From Planctomycetota bacterium (GTDB taxonomy: Bacteria > Planctomycetota > UBA1135 > GCA-002686595), in the NCBI GenBank assembly GCA_039200205.1, contig JBCCSK010000001.1:1-55345 (forward strand): 55,345 nucleotides of DNA, written 5' to 3'. Positions 27,025 through 36,118 of this stretch are shown here, piece after piece. How positions within the stretch are numbered: the first letter of the stretch is position 1; each line of letters starts with the position of its first letter. The position numbers were made by a program, and so were the translations under genes. The notes under the pieces are model-generated. The model searched no databases. It worked only from the letters and a program-made list of their open reading frames with translations, and was not told the origin of the DNA.

Positions 27025-28788
27025 CTAGTTGCTGCGGGCGTCGAAGAACTTGGACGTGTCGACGAGGATCACCTTGTTCTCGAACGACAGTCCCGCGCCG
27101 CCCTCGATCGGTGCACGCGCCGCGGACTCGACCTCCAGGCACCACGGCTGCTGGCGGAGCGCGTCGTCGAACTGGTCGATGTGCGTCGATGCGGTCGTCG
27201 CGTCGTCGGCGAAGAACGTCGCGTCGAGTCGGATCTTGACGTGCTCGGGACGCTTCTCGCGGGCGTTCGGCTTCTCGTAGGTCGCGCGGAGAGCCCGGAG
27301 GGACGGTCGCCAGTCGCCGTTGCCCTTGAGGACGCCGAGAACGCACGTCATCGCGGCGAACGCAGACGGAGGCAGGGGGATCTCCGAGATCTCGCCGACC
27401 TCGACCATGAGGTCCTTCACCTTGGCCTCGAGGTCACTCTCGATGAACCGCAGCTCTTCGAGCGGCTCCTGGAGATCGCCTCCGAGGACGAGGTCGTCGG
27501 CCGCGTACGGCTTCGCCCGGTCGAGGAGGTCCTTGGGCACCGGGTTGAGGATCGGATCCCCGCCAGTCCGACCGACGTCACCGACGATGAAAGTGTTCGT
27601 GTTGCGCAGGTACGGCAGGATGCCGTGGTAGTTCATCGATTCGATCTTGCGGTTCTGCAGGATGTTCACCATCCCGAGGAACGTCGCGAGCATGAGCGCC
27701 GCGAACGCGACGGGGAATTCGAGCCGCTCCCACGTGCCCGTGTAGCGCAGCTCTTCCCGACGGAGCGAGGGCGTGAGCGCGCCGCCGCCGAGCTGGCGAT
27801 AGGCGCCGCCGTAGGCCGCGACCAGCTCGCCGAAGCCGTCGGCGGGCTGCCCGGAATCCTCTTCGAAGCAGTCGAGCACGTAGACCGGCACGTCGAGAAC
27901 CGTCCCGCCGATCAGGCCGGGCATCTCCAGGCCGCAGGCGTAGATCGCCTCGATCGGCTGCGGCGTCCGCGCGGCCGACATCGTGCGACCGATCTCGCGT
28001 CGGATGCGCTTGATCGCCTGCTCGACGCGGCGCTCCGCCTCGACCGGATCGAGCGGGTCGGGGATCGGCGAGAAGTCGTCCGAGGCCTCTTCGGCGTCCT
28101 CCGCCTCGTCATCGATGTCAGCGTCGGCCGGTCGGAGCTCACCGGAGAGGTGTGACATCGCGCCGATGTGGATCACGCGGAACTCGCGGATCTCGGCGCC
28201 GGCAACGACGGCGAGGCACGTGGAGTGCTCGCCGATGTGAACGAGGAGCTGCGCGTCGTCGATGTGGCAGATGTCGGCCGCGAGCGCCGCGTTGACCATC
28301 GCGGTCGCCTCCAGCTCGATCTCCAGCGGCTCGGCGCCGGCCTTCTCGAGCGCCATGGACGCACGCATCACATCGTCCTTCGGGACCGCCGTCACGAGCA
28401 GGTCCGCGCCGGCTTCGTTCGACGACATGATGTGGTAGTCGACGACGACCGAGTCGATGTCGAACTGCGGCAGGTCGCTCTCGATCTCGAACTTGATGAC
28501 CTGGTCGATCTTCGATCGCTCGGAGAACGGGACGGTCGTCCTCCGGAACGCCGCGTGATCGCAAGGGATGATCGCGGTGACGTTCTCCGTCGGGATGCGG
28601 TGGTTCTTCGCCGCCTCCTTGATGGTCGCCGCGACCCCCGACACGTCGCCGTCGGCGTAGGCGGCGGCGTCCTCGGGACTGAACTCGCCGGAGTAGTAGG
28701 CCGCGATCTTGTGCTTCTTCGGGCTGCCGTCGAGGACGATCAGCTCGAAGCGACGCGGGCCGATGCGGATGCCGCAGGAGCGTGCCAT
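27025..28788 (-). CDS. PilM/GspL-like protein (cytoplasmic actin-like fold, TM helix, PilN-like periplasmic part)
   Basis: 'CGIRIG', 'FRRTTVPF...IDQVIKFEIE..LPQFDIDSVVVDYH', 'LLVTAVPK', 'LVHIGEHSTCLAVV'; one TM helix; C-terminal periplasmic domain. Confidence 0.75.
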   Translation of the reverse strand: MARSCGIRIGPRRFELIVLDGSPKKHKIAAYYSGEFSPEDAAAYADGDVSGVAATIKEAAKNHRIPTENVTAIIPCDHAAFRRTTVPFSERSKIDQVIKFEIESDLPQFDIDSVVVDYHIMSSNEAGADLLVTAVPKDDVMRASMALEKAGAEPLEIELEATAMVNAALAADICHIDDAQLLVHIGEHSTCLAVVAGAEIREFRVIHIGAMSHLSGELRPADADIDDEAEDAEEASDDFSPIPDPLDPVEAERRVEQAIKRIRREIGRTMSAARTPQPIEAIYACGLEMPGLIGGTVLDVPVYVLDCFEEDSGQPADGFGELVAAYGGAYRQLGGGALTPSLRREELRYTGTWERLEFPVAFAALMLATFLGMVNILQNRKIESMNYHGILPYLRNTNTFIVGDVGRTGGDPILNPVPKDLLDRAKPYAADDLVLGGDLQEPLEELRFIESDLEAKVKDLMVEVGEISEIPLPPSAFAAMTCVLGVLKGNGDWRPSLRALRATYEKPNAREKRPEHVKIRLDATFFADDATTASTHIDQFDDALRQQPWCLEVESAARAPIEGGAGLSFENKVILVDTSKFFDARSN

Positions 28789-28812
28789 GGTCGGGTCGGG
28801 GTCGTGGGGCTC

Positions 28813-29193
28813 CTACGAGGAGACCTGGGCGAGGGGACGGGCGAACGCGTCGTAGCGCTCGCGCTGTTCGGGCGGGAGGATCGTGTTCCGGATGGTGCTC
28901 TCGAAGCGCGCGTCGAGGGCGCGCAGATCGGGCTCCATCGCGTCGCGCGTCCGCGCGAGGTGCCGGTGCCGGATCTCCTCCCTCTCGGTCTCGTACTGGT
29001 CGAGGAGCTGCAGGAGAACGCGTCGCCGGTTGGGCGCGAGGTCGAAGCGCGCCGACAGCGTATCGGCGTAGTCCTCGAGAGGACTCCGGGTGTCGCTGCG
29101 TTCACTGACGGCCACGCCGACTCCGAGGCCCACGAGGAACCACGCCGCGGCCAGGACGATCGACCAGAACCGCAGGTCCTTGACGAGGCCCAC
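28813..29193 (-). CDS. Small membrane-anchored Spy/CpxP-like helical protein
   Basis: TM 'FLVGLGVG', 'RFDLAPNRR', 'ILPPEQRERYD' (LTPEQ-like). GTG start 1 nt after the anti-sigma stop. Confidence 0.65.
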   Translation of the reverse strand: MGLVKDLRFWSIVLAAAWFLVGLGVGVAVSERSDTRSPLEDYADTLSARFDLAPNRRRVLLQLLDQYETEREEIRHRHLARTRDAMEPDLRALDARFESTIRNTILPPEQRERYDAFARPLAQVSS

Positions 29194-29194
29194 G

Positions 29195-29689
29195 TCAGCG
29201 TTCGGTCGCTGCGCCCGAGTCTTCGAGCTCGGCCTCGCGGGCACGGTTCTCGTCCTCGAGCTCTTCGAGCGCCTGGTCGAGATCCGGTCCGGCGCCGACC
29301 TCGCCGACGCTCGGAAGCTCCTGGCTCGCGAGGAAGAGAGTCACCGCGATCATCGCCGCAGCGGCCGCCGCGACGAGCCCGCGCGAGAACGAGAGGAGCC
29401 TCCCGCCCTCCGAAGCAGCCGGCGTGATCGTGACAGGCGCGAGTCCCTCGTCCCCGGCGAACGCACGCCGAGCGACGCGCGCTGCGAATCCCTCCGGGAC
29501 CTCGACCTCGTCGGTCGGCTCGAACCACTGCCGGAGCGCGAGCTCCTCCTGGACCACGGCTCGGCACACCGGGCAGTCGATCAAGTGCGCGCGGATCGAG
29601 CCCGCAACGCTCTCCGTGACCTCTTCGTCGACGTACGTCGGAACGAGGGCCTGGACCACATCGCACTGGATGGAAGCGTGGGAACTCAT
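29195..29689 (-). CDS. Zinc-finger (zf-HC2) anti-sigma factor
   Basis: C...YVDEE...HLIDCPVC (HxxxCxxC) and one TM helix; ATGA overlap with the sigma gene. Confidence 0.88.
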   Translation of the reverse strand: MSSHASIQCDVVQALVPTYVDEEVTESVAGSIRAHLIDCPVCRAVVQEELALRQWFEPTDEVEVPEGFAARVARRAFAGDEGLAPVTITPAASEGGRLLSFSRGLVAAAAAAMIAVTLFLASQELPSVGEVGAGPDLDQALEELEDENRAREAELEDSGAATER

Positions 29690-30390
29690 GCGTTCGTCTC
29701 CCGGTCTCGCGACCTGTCTTGGGCGGCGCGGCCGCCCCTGGACCGCGTCGCACCTGCCGCCGCCTCACTCGCGGCGAACTCAGGGTGTTCTTGGAGGAGC
29801 TTCTGCTTGAAGCGTGCCCTCGCGCGGAACAGCCGCGACTCGACCGTGCCGATCGAGATCTGCAGCACGTCCGCGATGTCCTGGTAGCTCATCTGCTCGA
29901 GCTCGCGCATCACCAGCACCGTCCGGAAGATCTCCGGCAGCTGGTCCATGACGTCGCGCGTGATCGCGGCGATCTCCTCGCGCTCCAGCCTCGCGTCGGG
30001 CCGCACCGAGAGCCGCTCGGTCGTCGCGTCGGACGCGCCCGTCTCGGTCCGCCCCACGAGCTCGGGGTCCTCGACCGCCTGGACCGGGCTGCGGCCCTGG
30101 CGCTTCATGAAGTCGAGGATCGTGTTCACCGCGATGCGGTAGAGCCACGTGTAGAACGCCGACGAGCTCTGGAAGGTCTCGAGCCGGCTGTACGCCTTCA
30201 GGAAGGTGTCCTGGACGATGTCTTCGACCTCGACCGCGTTGCGCGTGTAGTGCCGTACGAGGCCGAAGAGCCGGCGCTGGTAGCGCTCGACGAGGACCTC
30301 GAACGACCGCGAATCCCCGTCCAGGGTGGCCTGGACGAGGGTCGCATCGTCGCTCTCCGCGCTCGTCATCGTCCGCATGCTGGCTCCCAT
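29686..30390 (-). CDS. ECF RNA polymerase sigma factor (RpoE/SigW-like)
   Basis: FEVLVERYQ, EDIVQDTFLKAY, FYTWLYRIAVN and SYQDIADVLQISIGTVESRLFRAR. Start may be 30378 or 30369. Confidence 0.92.
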   Translation of the reverse strand: MGASMRTMTSAESDDATLVQATLDGDSRSFEVLVERYQRRLFGLVRHYTRNAVEVEDIVQDTFLKAYSRLETFQSSSAFYTWLYRIAVNTILDFMKRQGRSPVQAVEDPELVGRTETGASDATTERLSVRPDARLEREEIAAITRDVMDQLPEIFRTVLVMRELEQMSYQDIADVLQISIGTVESRLFRARARFKQKLLQEHPEFAASEAAAGATRSRGGRAAQDRSRDRETNA

Positions 30391-30420
30391 CGGCAGGCGA
30401 TGGACGCGTCGCCTCCCCCG

Positions 30421-31698
30421 CTATTCCCGTTGACCGGCGGATTCGGCGCTCTCGGCCGGGTCCAACCCGCCCGAGAAGGTGTGCCCCATCCGTTCCATCT
30501 TCGTACGCAAGTACCTGATGTTATTAGGGTTCGGCTCGGTCTCCAGGGAAACCTGATCGACGAGTTCGAGCCCGTATCCCGCGAGCCCGTGGATCTTCTT
30601 GGGATTGTTGGTGAGGAGGCGCATGCGGCGGACGCCCAGGTGGAAGAGGATCTGGGCGCCGATCCCGTACTCCCGCAGGTCGACGGGGAGGCCGAGGGCC
30701 TCATTGGCCTCGACGGTGTCCATCCCGCGGTCCTGGAGGTGGTACGCCTTGAGCTTGTTGGCGAGGCCGATCCCGCGCCCCTCCTGGCGGAGGTAGACGA
30801 GGACCGCCTTCTCCTTCGAGGCCAGGATCGACATCGCCTTGTCCAGCTGAGGTCCGCAGTCGCAGCGCTGCGAGCCGAAGACGTCGCCTGTCAGGCACTC
30901 CGAGTGGACCCGGACGAAGACGTCGTCGTCGACGGCCTCGAGCGGGTCGGTCCCCTCGCCGATCGGCATCCCGTGGGTCAGCGCGACGTGCTCCTTTCCG
31001 TCGATCTTCGAGCGGAAGAGGTACATCTGGAACACGCCGTGGTGGGTCTGGATCGGAACCGGCGCGTCCACCAGGGACTCGACGAGCCGCTCGTTCTTGC
31101 GGCGGTACTCGATGAGGTCCGCGATCGTGCAGATCTTGAGCTCGTGCTTGTCGGCGAACGCCTCGAGCTCGGGCATCCGCGCCATCGTGCCGTCCTCGTT
31201 CATGATCTCGCAGATCACCCCGACGGGCGAAGCGCCGGCCAGACGCGCGAGATCGACGATGCCCTCGGTCTGCCCGCCGCGGACGAGGACGCCGCCGTCC
31301 CGGGCGCGGAGCGGGAAGATGTGTCCAGGACGCGCGAGGTCCTCGGCGCGCGCTTCGGGGTCCGCCGCCACGGCGATCGTGCGCGCTCGATCGGCGGCGC
31401 TGATCCCGGTCGAGACGCCCGTCGCGGCCTCGATCGAGATCGTGAACGCCGTCCCGTGTGCGTTCGTGTTGTGGGCGGCCTGCATGGGCAGGTCGAGGCG
31501 CTCGCAGACCGAGCCCTCCATCGGGACGCAGATCAACCCACGGCCCTCCCGGGCCATGAAGTTGACAGCTTCGGGCGTGATCGCCTCGGCCAGCATCGCG
31601 AGGTCGCCCTCGTTCTCGCGGTCGGGGTCGTCGACGAGGATGACCATCGCCCCGCGGCGAAGCTCCTCGATGATCTCGGGGATCGGTGTGATCGGCAT
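30421..31698 (-). CDS. ribBA: Bifunctional DHBP synthase / GTP cyclohydrolase II
   Basis: [64 protein letters not shown] and LTNNPKK. Confidence 0.97.
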   Translation of the reverse strand: MPITPIPEIIEELRRGAMVILVDDPDRENEGDLAMLAEAITPEAVNFMAREGRGLICVPMEGSVCERLDLPMQAAHNTNAHGTAFTISIEAATGVSTGISAADRARTIAVAADPEARAEDLARPGHIFPLRARDGGVLVRGGQTEGIVDLARLAGASPVGVICEIMNEDGTMARMPELEAFADKHELKICTIADLIEYRRKNERLVESLVDAPVPIQTHHGVFQMYLFRSKIDGKEHVALTHGMPIGEGTDPLEAVDDDVFVRVHSECLTGDVFGSQRCDCGPQLDKAMSILASKEKAVLVYLRQEGRGIGLANKLKAYHLQDRGMDTVEANEALGLPVDLREYGIGAQILFHLGVRRMRLLTNNPKKIHGLAGYGLELVDQVSLETEPNPNNIRYLRTKMERMGHTFSGGLDPAESAESAGQRE

Positions 31699-32139
31699 GG
31701 GGTGACGCCGGTCGCTCGAGCGCCGGCGCGAGGATCTTAGGCCCCGTTGCGAGACCGCGGCGGGCGGCCCGGATCGCCAGGCGGTCTCATCTTTGCGAAA
31801 GGGGCCGTGGAGACGTGGGAAGAGATGGGGGAGAAATGGCGCCCCGGACCCTCAAGTGCGGTCTGGGCAGGGACTTGAAGCGTCCGAAAACGCCTCGGAC
31901 CGATGTGGAGAACCGCCGCTCCCGACCATCAAGGCGGGCTCAAAGGCGCGCAGATCCGAGGCCTGGATCGAGGCCCCGCGGGCGCGATCCGAGACGGCCT
32001 CGACGCGCAGGCCGGTCCGCGCCGATGAGAGCAGCCTGGGAAGTCGCATTGCGGCCGCCCACCCCACGGGGCGCAGCCCCGACACCCCCACTCCCGTCGC
32101 AGCCGCGCAGCGGCCGACGACCCAATCGCGAGGGATCGC

Positions 32140-33315
32140 ATGCTCCGAATCGTCGCCCTGGGCGCCGCAGGCGTCGCCGTACTGCTCTCGATGGGCGTGA
32201 CCCAGCCCACCGGGCTCGAGGAGCGCCTCGCGCTGCTCGAGGACGCTGCGCGCCGTCGCAAGCCGACGATCGAGCGAGCGGAGATCGACCGGCTCGAAGC
32301 TCACGTGGCGACGCTGGCGGCGGACGAGGAGATCTGCGCGCTCGAGGAGCAGATCGCCGTCCTGCAGACGGAGCTGGCGGCGGCGAAGGAGGTCCTCTCC
32401 AGCCAGCGCGCCGCGCTCGACAGCATCGAGCGCGTCGCCCGCAAGGCGGAGCGCATCGATGACCTCGAGGCGGGGATCGACGTGCGCTGGGACGGGCTCG
32501 TGCGAGCGCTCGACGCCACGACCTCGCTCGTGGACGAGACGCGGGACGAGCTCGGCCGCGTCCAGCGCCGACTCGACCCTGGCGTGGACGAGCTCTGGGA
32601 GCGAACCGTGGGACCCACGGTTCAGCTCAAGGGCCTCGCGACGGTCGGAAGCGGCGTTCTCCTGCCCTCGCAGCCGCTCGAGGAAGACCCGACGCGCTAC
32701 CGGACTCTCCTCCTGACCTCCTGGCACGTCGTGCGCGACATCCGCGCCGACTCGATCGAAGAGGACGACCCGGTCCCCGTGTTCGTACGCGATCGCAGCG
32801 GCCAGCGGCGCCGCTTCACCGCCACGCTCCTCGACCACGACGTCCCGCTCGACACGGCGCTTCTCGTCCTGAACTCCGTCGAGTCGTTCGCCGCCGGAGC
32901 GACGCTGCCTTCGCGGACACGACTCGATGCGACGCGCGTCTTCGATCCGATCGTCGCCGTGGGCTGCCCGCTCGGCAACGACCCGATCCCGACGCGCGGA
33001 CACCTCAGCGATCTTCACCACAGCGTCGGGCGCGAGCGTTTCTGGATGATCTCGGCCCCGACCTACATCGGAAACTCGGGGGGCGGGATCTACTCGGAGG
33101 GCTCCCACGAGCTCCTCGGGATCTTCTCGAAGATCTACACGCACGGATCGATCCGTCCGACGGTCATTCCGCACATGGGGCTCGTGACGCCCCTCGCGGA
33201 GTTCTACGACTGGATCGACCGGAGCGGCATCGCGCGCATCGTGGAAGACGGCGACTCGGCGACGATCGATCTTCTCGAAGACGCGCCGGTACCGCGGACC
33301 GCCCGCGCCCGGTGA
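32140..33315 (+). CDS. Trypsin-like serine protease with N-terminal anchor and coiled coil
   Basis: GSGV, LLTSWHVV (His), LDTALL (Asp), AVGCPLG and YIGNSGGG (Ser); N-terminal hydrophobic segment and heptad-rich stalk; no PDZ domain seen. Confidence 0.85.
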   Translation: MLRIVALGAAGVAVLLSMGVTQPTGLEERLALLEDAARRRKPTIERAEIDRLEAHVATLAADEEICALEEQIAVLQTELAAAKEVLSSQRAALDSIERVARKAERIDDLEAGIDVRWDGLVRALDATTSLVDETRDELGRVQRRLDPGVDELWERTVGPTVQLKGLATVGSGVLLPSQPLEEDPTRYRTLLLTSWHVVRDIRADSIEEDDPVPVFVRDRSGQRRRFTATLLDHDVPLDTALLVLNSVESFAAGATLPSRTRLDATRVFDPIVAVGCPLGNDPIPTRGHLSDLHHSVGRERFWMISAPTYIGNSGGGIYSEGSHELLGIFSKIYTHGSIRPTVIPHMGLVTPLAEFYDWIDRSGIARIVEDGDSATIDLLEDAPVPRTARAR

Positions 33316-33408
33316 AGGACCCCCCGCCCCCCGTGACGGGCCAAGGGGCCCGGCGATTCGGGCGAAAGGTGCTGGCGCGATCCGGCCTCGCGCGGGAACG
33401 TGGGGCCC

Positions 33409-36084
33409 ATGGGCCCGCACACCGCACTTGCGAGCGCGGCGTGGCTGGCGGCGGTCGTCCTCGCCTTCCCGGGGGATGCGGCCGCAGCGCCCCAGCTCGC
33501 CTCGCCAGTCGACCTGACGAACACGGTCGCCTCGCCCCGTCTTCTCGCGCCTTCCGACATCGACGGTGACGGCGATCTCGACGTGATCGTCGCCGAGGCG
33601 GACGGACCGAACCTCTTCGGATTCCGTCGTGCCGGCGGGACGTTCGCCCAGCGCGAGCTCCTCGCCCGCATCCCCGGGGACCGCGCGGAGTGGCGCCTCG
33701 GCGATCTCGACGGGAACGGGACGATCGACGCCGTCGCCGCGTCGGTCGACGCGTGCCGCGTGTACGTCGTCTTCGACATCGGGCGCGACTCCGATCCGCG
33801 TCCGGCGAGGCTCGACGCGATCGGCGGACGCACGGTCGGCCTCGAGATCGGTGACGTCGACGGGAACGGTTCGCTCGACATCGTCGTCGCCGTCGACGGT
33901 GTCACGGCCGAGACCAAGGGCATCTTCGTTCTGCGCGGGAACCAGAGCGCCGGGTTCGATCCGCCGGCTCGCCTCACGCCGTGGAACGTCAACCCGAGTC
34001 TCATCACGACCGGCGCGGTCACGCTGGCCGACCTCGATCAGGACCAGCGCCTCGATCTCGTCGTGACGGACGCGGGGCACGCGCGGTTCGTCGCCTATCG
34101 GAGCACGAGCGCTGGCTACCTCGTCGGTCCGACCGTCATCGCTGACGGGTTCCGAGCGGTGATGTGCGCGGACGTGGGCGACCTCGACGGAGACGGCGAC
34201 CGCGACGTCCTCTGCGTCGCAGCGAGCGACCCCGCGCAGGGGCCGTCGCAGCTGGAGGTGCTCGCGTTCGAAACGCGCAGCAACTCCTTCACGTTCGGCG
34301 CGCTCGGACCCGTCGCGACCTTCGGCGGAGGCGGCTGGGACGTCGGGCGTGCATCGGTCGTCGACGTCGACGGCGACGGAGATCTCGACGCCTTGCTGCC
34401 GCGTGCCGGAGCGGATTCGCTGTGGTTCGAGAACGACGGATCGGGCCTCGTGCCCGTGCAGCGGACGCTGCCGAGCGAGGCCGACTGGCGCACGAGCGAG
34501 CTCGCCCTCGCAGACCTCGACGGAGACGGTCTGCGCGACGTCCTTCAGGCGTGTGCGACGCATCAGGTCGGCTGGTCGCGTGCGATCGGCGGCGGTGCGT
34601 TCGAGCCTCCGGCCGAGATCACCGGACGAGTCGTCGACGCCGGGGCGATGACGCGCATCGACATCGACCGCGACGGCGACTCCGACCTGGCCATCGTCGA
34701 AGGCGCGACCGGCGCCGTCGTCGCGATCGAGAACCGGCGCGTCGACGGGTTCGGACCTCCGACTCCGATCGGCGTGCAGCGTCCGGGGATCGACGACCTC
34801 GCGGCGGGAGACCTCGACGGCGACGGGGACGACGATCTCGTTCTCGCGTCGTACGGGGGCGGCTGGATCGCGATCTCGACGCACGAGGCCAGTGGCCTGG
34901 GCGCACCGCAGACGCTGTGGACGTTCCCGCCGTCGAGCGGCGGAACGCTGACGATCGTCGACGTGGATCAGGACGGCGACGACGACCTGGTGGTCACGCG
35001 ACGAAGCGCCGGCTCGGTCCTCTCGTTCGATCAGACGCCGGCCGGACTCTCGAGCACTCCGCGCGCTCTGGTCAACGGCCTTCCGGGCGTCGTCGACCTC
35101 GCCGTGTGCGACCTCGACGCGGACGGTTCCAACGACCTCGTGATCTCAGGGCCCGGCTTCGGAGGCACTCTCAGCTGGTTCCGCGGCCAGGGCGCGGGGG
35201 CGTACGCGCCGCGTCAGGCGATCTCGCTCATCAACTTCTCGCCTTCCGAGATCGTGGCGTACGACGCGGACGGCGACGGGGACCTCGACCTCGCCGTCGC
35301 GGGCGGCGGTGCGATCTTCCCGCTGATCGAGTGGATTCCGCAGGTGGCTCCCGGGCAGTTCGGACCGGCGGTGTACGCCGGGAGCTCGGTGCTCGGATGG
35401 TCCTCGCTCGACGCGGGCGACGTCGACCTCGACGGCAAGCTCGATCTGATCGGAACGCCGCGAAGCCAGGTCGACGAGACGACGGAGGTCACCGTCTACA
35501 GCTTTCCGTACGGCGGCTTGCCGAGCTCGATCCAGCGGCCGCTCGGCGTCTCGTCCGTCCTCGTGGACGATCTCGACGATGACGGGGACGCGGACGTGGT
35601 CCTGACGTCGACGGACAGCGGCGCCGTCACGCTGCTCGAGGGCGTCGCGCGCACGTTCGTCGGGCAGCCCGGATGCGCGGGGCTCGCGAACTCGACGGGA
35701 CGCCGCGCTCGGCTGGAGCTGCTCGGCTCGAGTCGAATCGCCGACGCGGACCTCATCGCTCGCGCGTACGACCTCCCGCACGACGCGTTCACGGCGTTCA
35801 TCGTGAGCTCCGCGGACAGAACGCCGTTCACGCCGGCCGGGAGCTCGGGCGTCGTCTGCCTCGGCGGATCGGTCGGAGTCTTCGCTGCGCCGGGTCAGGT
35901 GACGCTGACGGGGGATTCGGGCGAAGGCTCGCTCGTGATCGACCTCGGCGCGCTCCCCCGACCGTCCGGCTCGGTCGCAGCCGCGGCGGGCGAGACGTGG
36001 TACTTCCAGGCCTGGTACCGCGACGCGCCCGCCGGCGTTCCGACGTCGAACTTCTCGGACTCCGCTTCGATCGAGCTGCGCTGA
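33409..36084 (+). CDS. Secreted FG-GAP/VCBS repeat protein with shared C-terminal domain
   Basis: Signal peptide; 14 DxDxDGxxD-type repeats counted; ends ETWYFQAWYRD...SNFSDS. Confidence 0.9.
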   Translation: MGPHTALASAAWLAAVVLAFPGDAAAAPQLASPVDLTNTVASPRLLAPSDIDGDGDLDVIVAEADGPNLFGFRRAGGTFAQRELLARIPGDRAEWRLGDLDGNGTIDAVAASVDACRVYVVFDIGRDSDPRPARLDAIGGRTVGLEIGDVDGNGSLDIVVAVDGVTAETKGIFVLRGNQSAGFDPPARLTPWNVNPSLITTGAVTLADLDQDQRLDLVVTDAGHARFVAYRSTSAGYLVGPTVIADGFRAVMCADVGDLDGDGDRDVLCVAASDPAQGPSQLEVLAFETRSNSFTFGALGPVATFGGGGWDVGRASVVDVDGDGDLDALLPRAGADSLWFENDGSGLVPVQRTLPSEADWRTSELALADLDGDGLRDVLQACATHQVGWSRAIGGGAFEPPAEITGRVVDAGAMTRIDIDRDGDSDLAIVEGATGAVVAIENRRVDGFGPPTPIGVQRPGIDDLAAGDLDGDGDDDLVLASYGGGWIAISTHEASGLGAPQTLWTFPPSSGGTLTIVDVDQDGDDDLVVTRRSAGSVLSFDQTPAGLSSTPRALVNGLPGVVDLAVCDLDADGSNDLVISGPGFGGTLSWFRGQGAGAYAPRQAISLINFSPSEIVAYDADGDGDLDLAVAGGGAIFPLIEWIPQVAPGQFGPAVYAGSSVLGWSSLDAGDVDLDGKLDLIGTPRSQVDETTEVTVYSFPYGGLPSSIQRPLGVSSVLVDDLDDDGDADVVLTSTDSGAVTLLEGVARTFVGQPGCAGLANSTGRRARLELLGSSRIADADLIARAYDLPHDAFTAFIVSSADRTPFTPAGSSGVVCLGGSVGVFAAPGQVTLTGDSGEGSLVIDLGALPRPSGSVAAAAGETWYFQAWYRDAPAGVPTSNFSDSASIELR

Positions 36085-36118
36085 AGGACTGGGCAAGAAT
36101 GCCCGTCTCGACGCGCGG

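Noticed and set aside
31699-31900. FMN riboswitch upstream of ribBA
   Set aside because: The minus strand lacks the conserved AGGGCGGGGUGAAAUUCCC...AGUCCGGAUG elements.
31900-32060. 6S RNA, suggested by 'gcgggctcaaagg'
   Set aside because: Only a short resemblance; I could not build the long closing stem and central bubble by eye.
31852-34884. 1010-aa minus-strand ORF and other long antisense ORFs (e.g. 17864-20509, 29719-31740, 37105-39228, 42344-45061, 51396-53738)
   Set aside because: Shadow frames of well-supported genes on the other strand; expected at about 70% GC; Arg/Val-rich with no motifs.
33550-35600. Recurring gacctcgacggcgacgg-like DNA as a CRISPR or tandem repeat
   Set aside because: These are codons of the FG-GAP repeats, degenerate and irregularly spaced; no cas genes.
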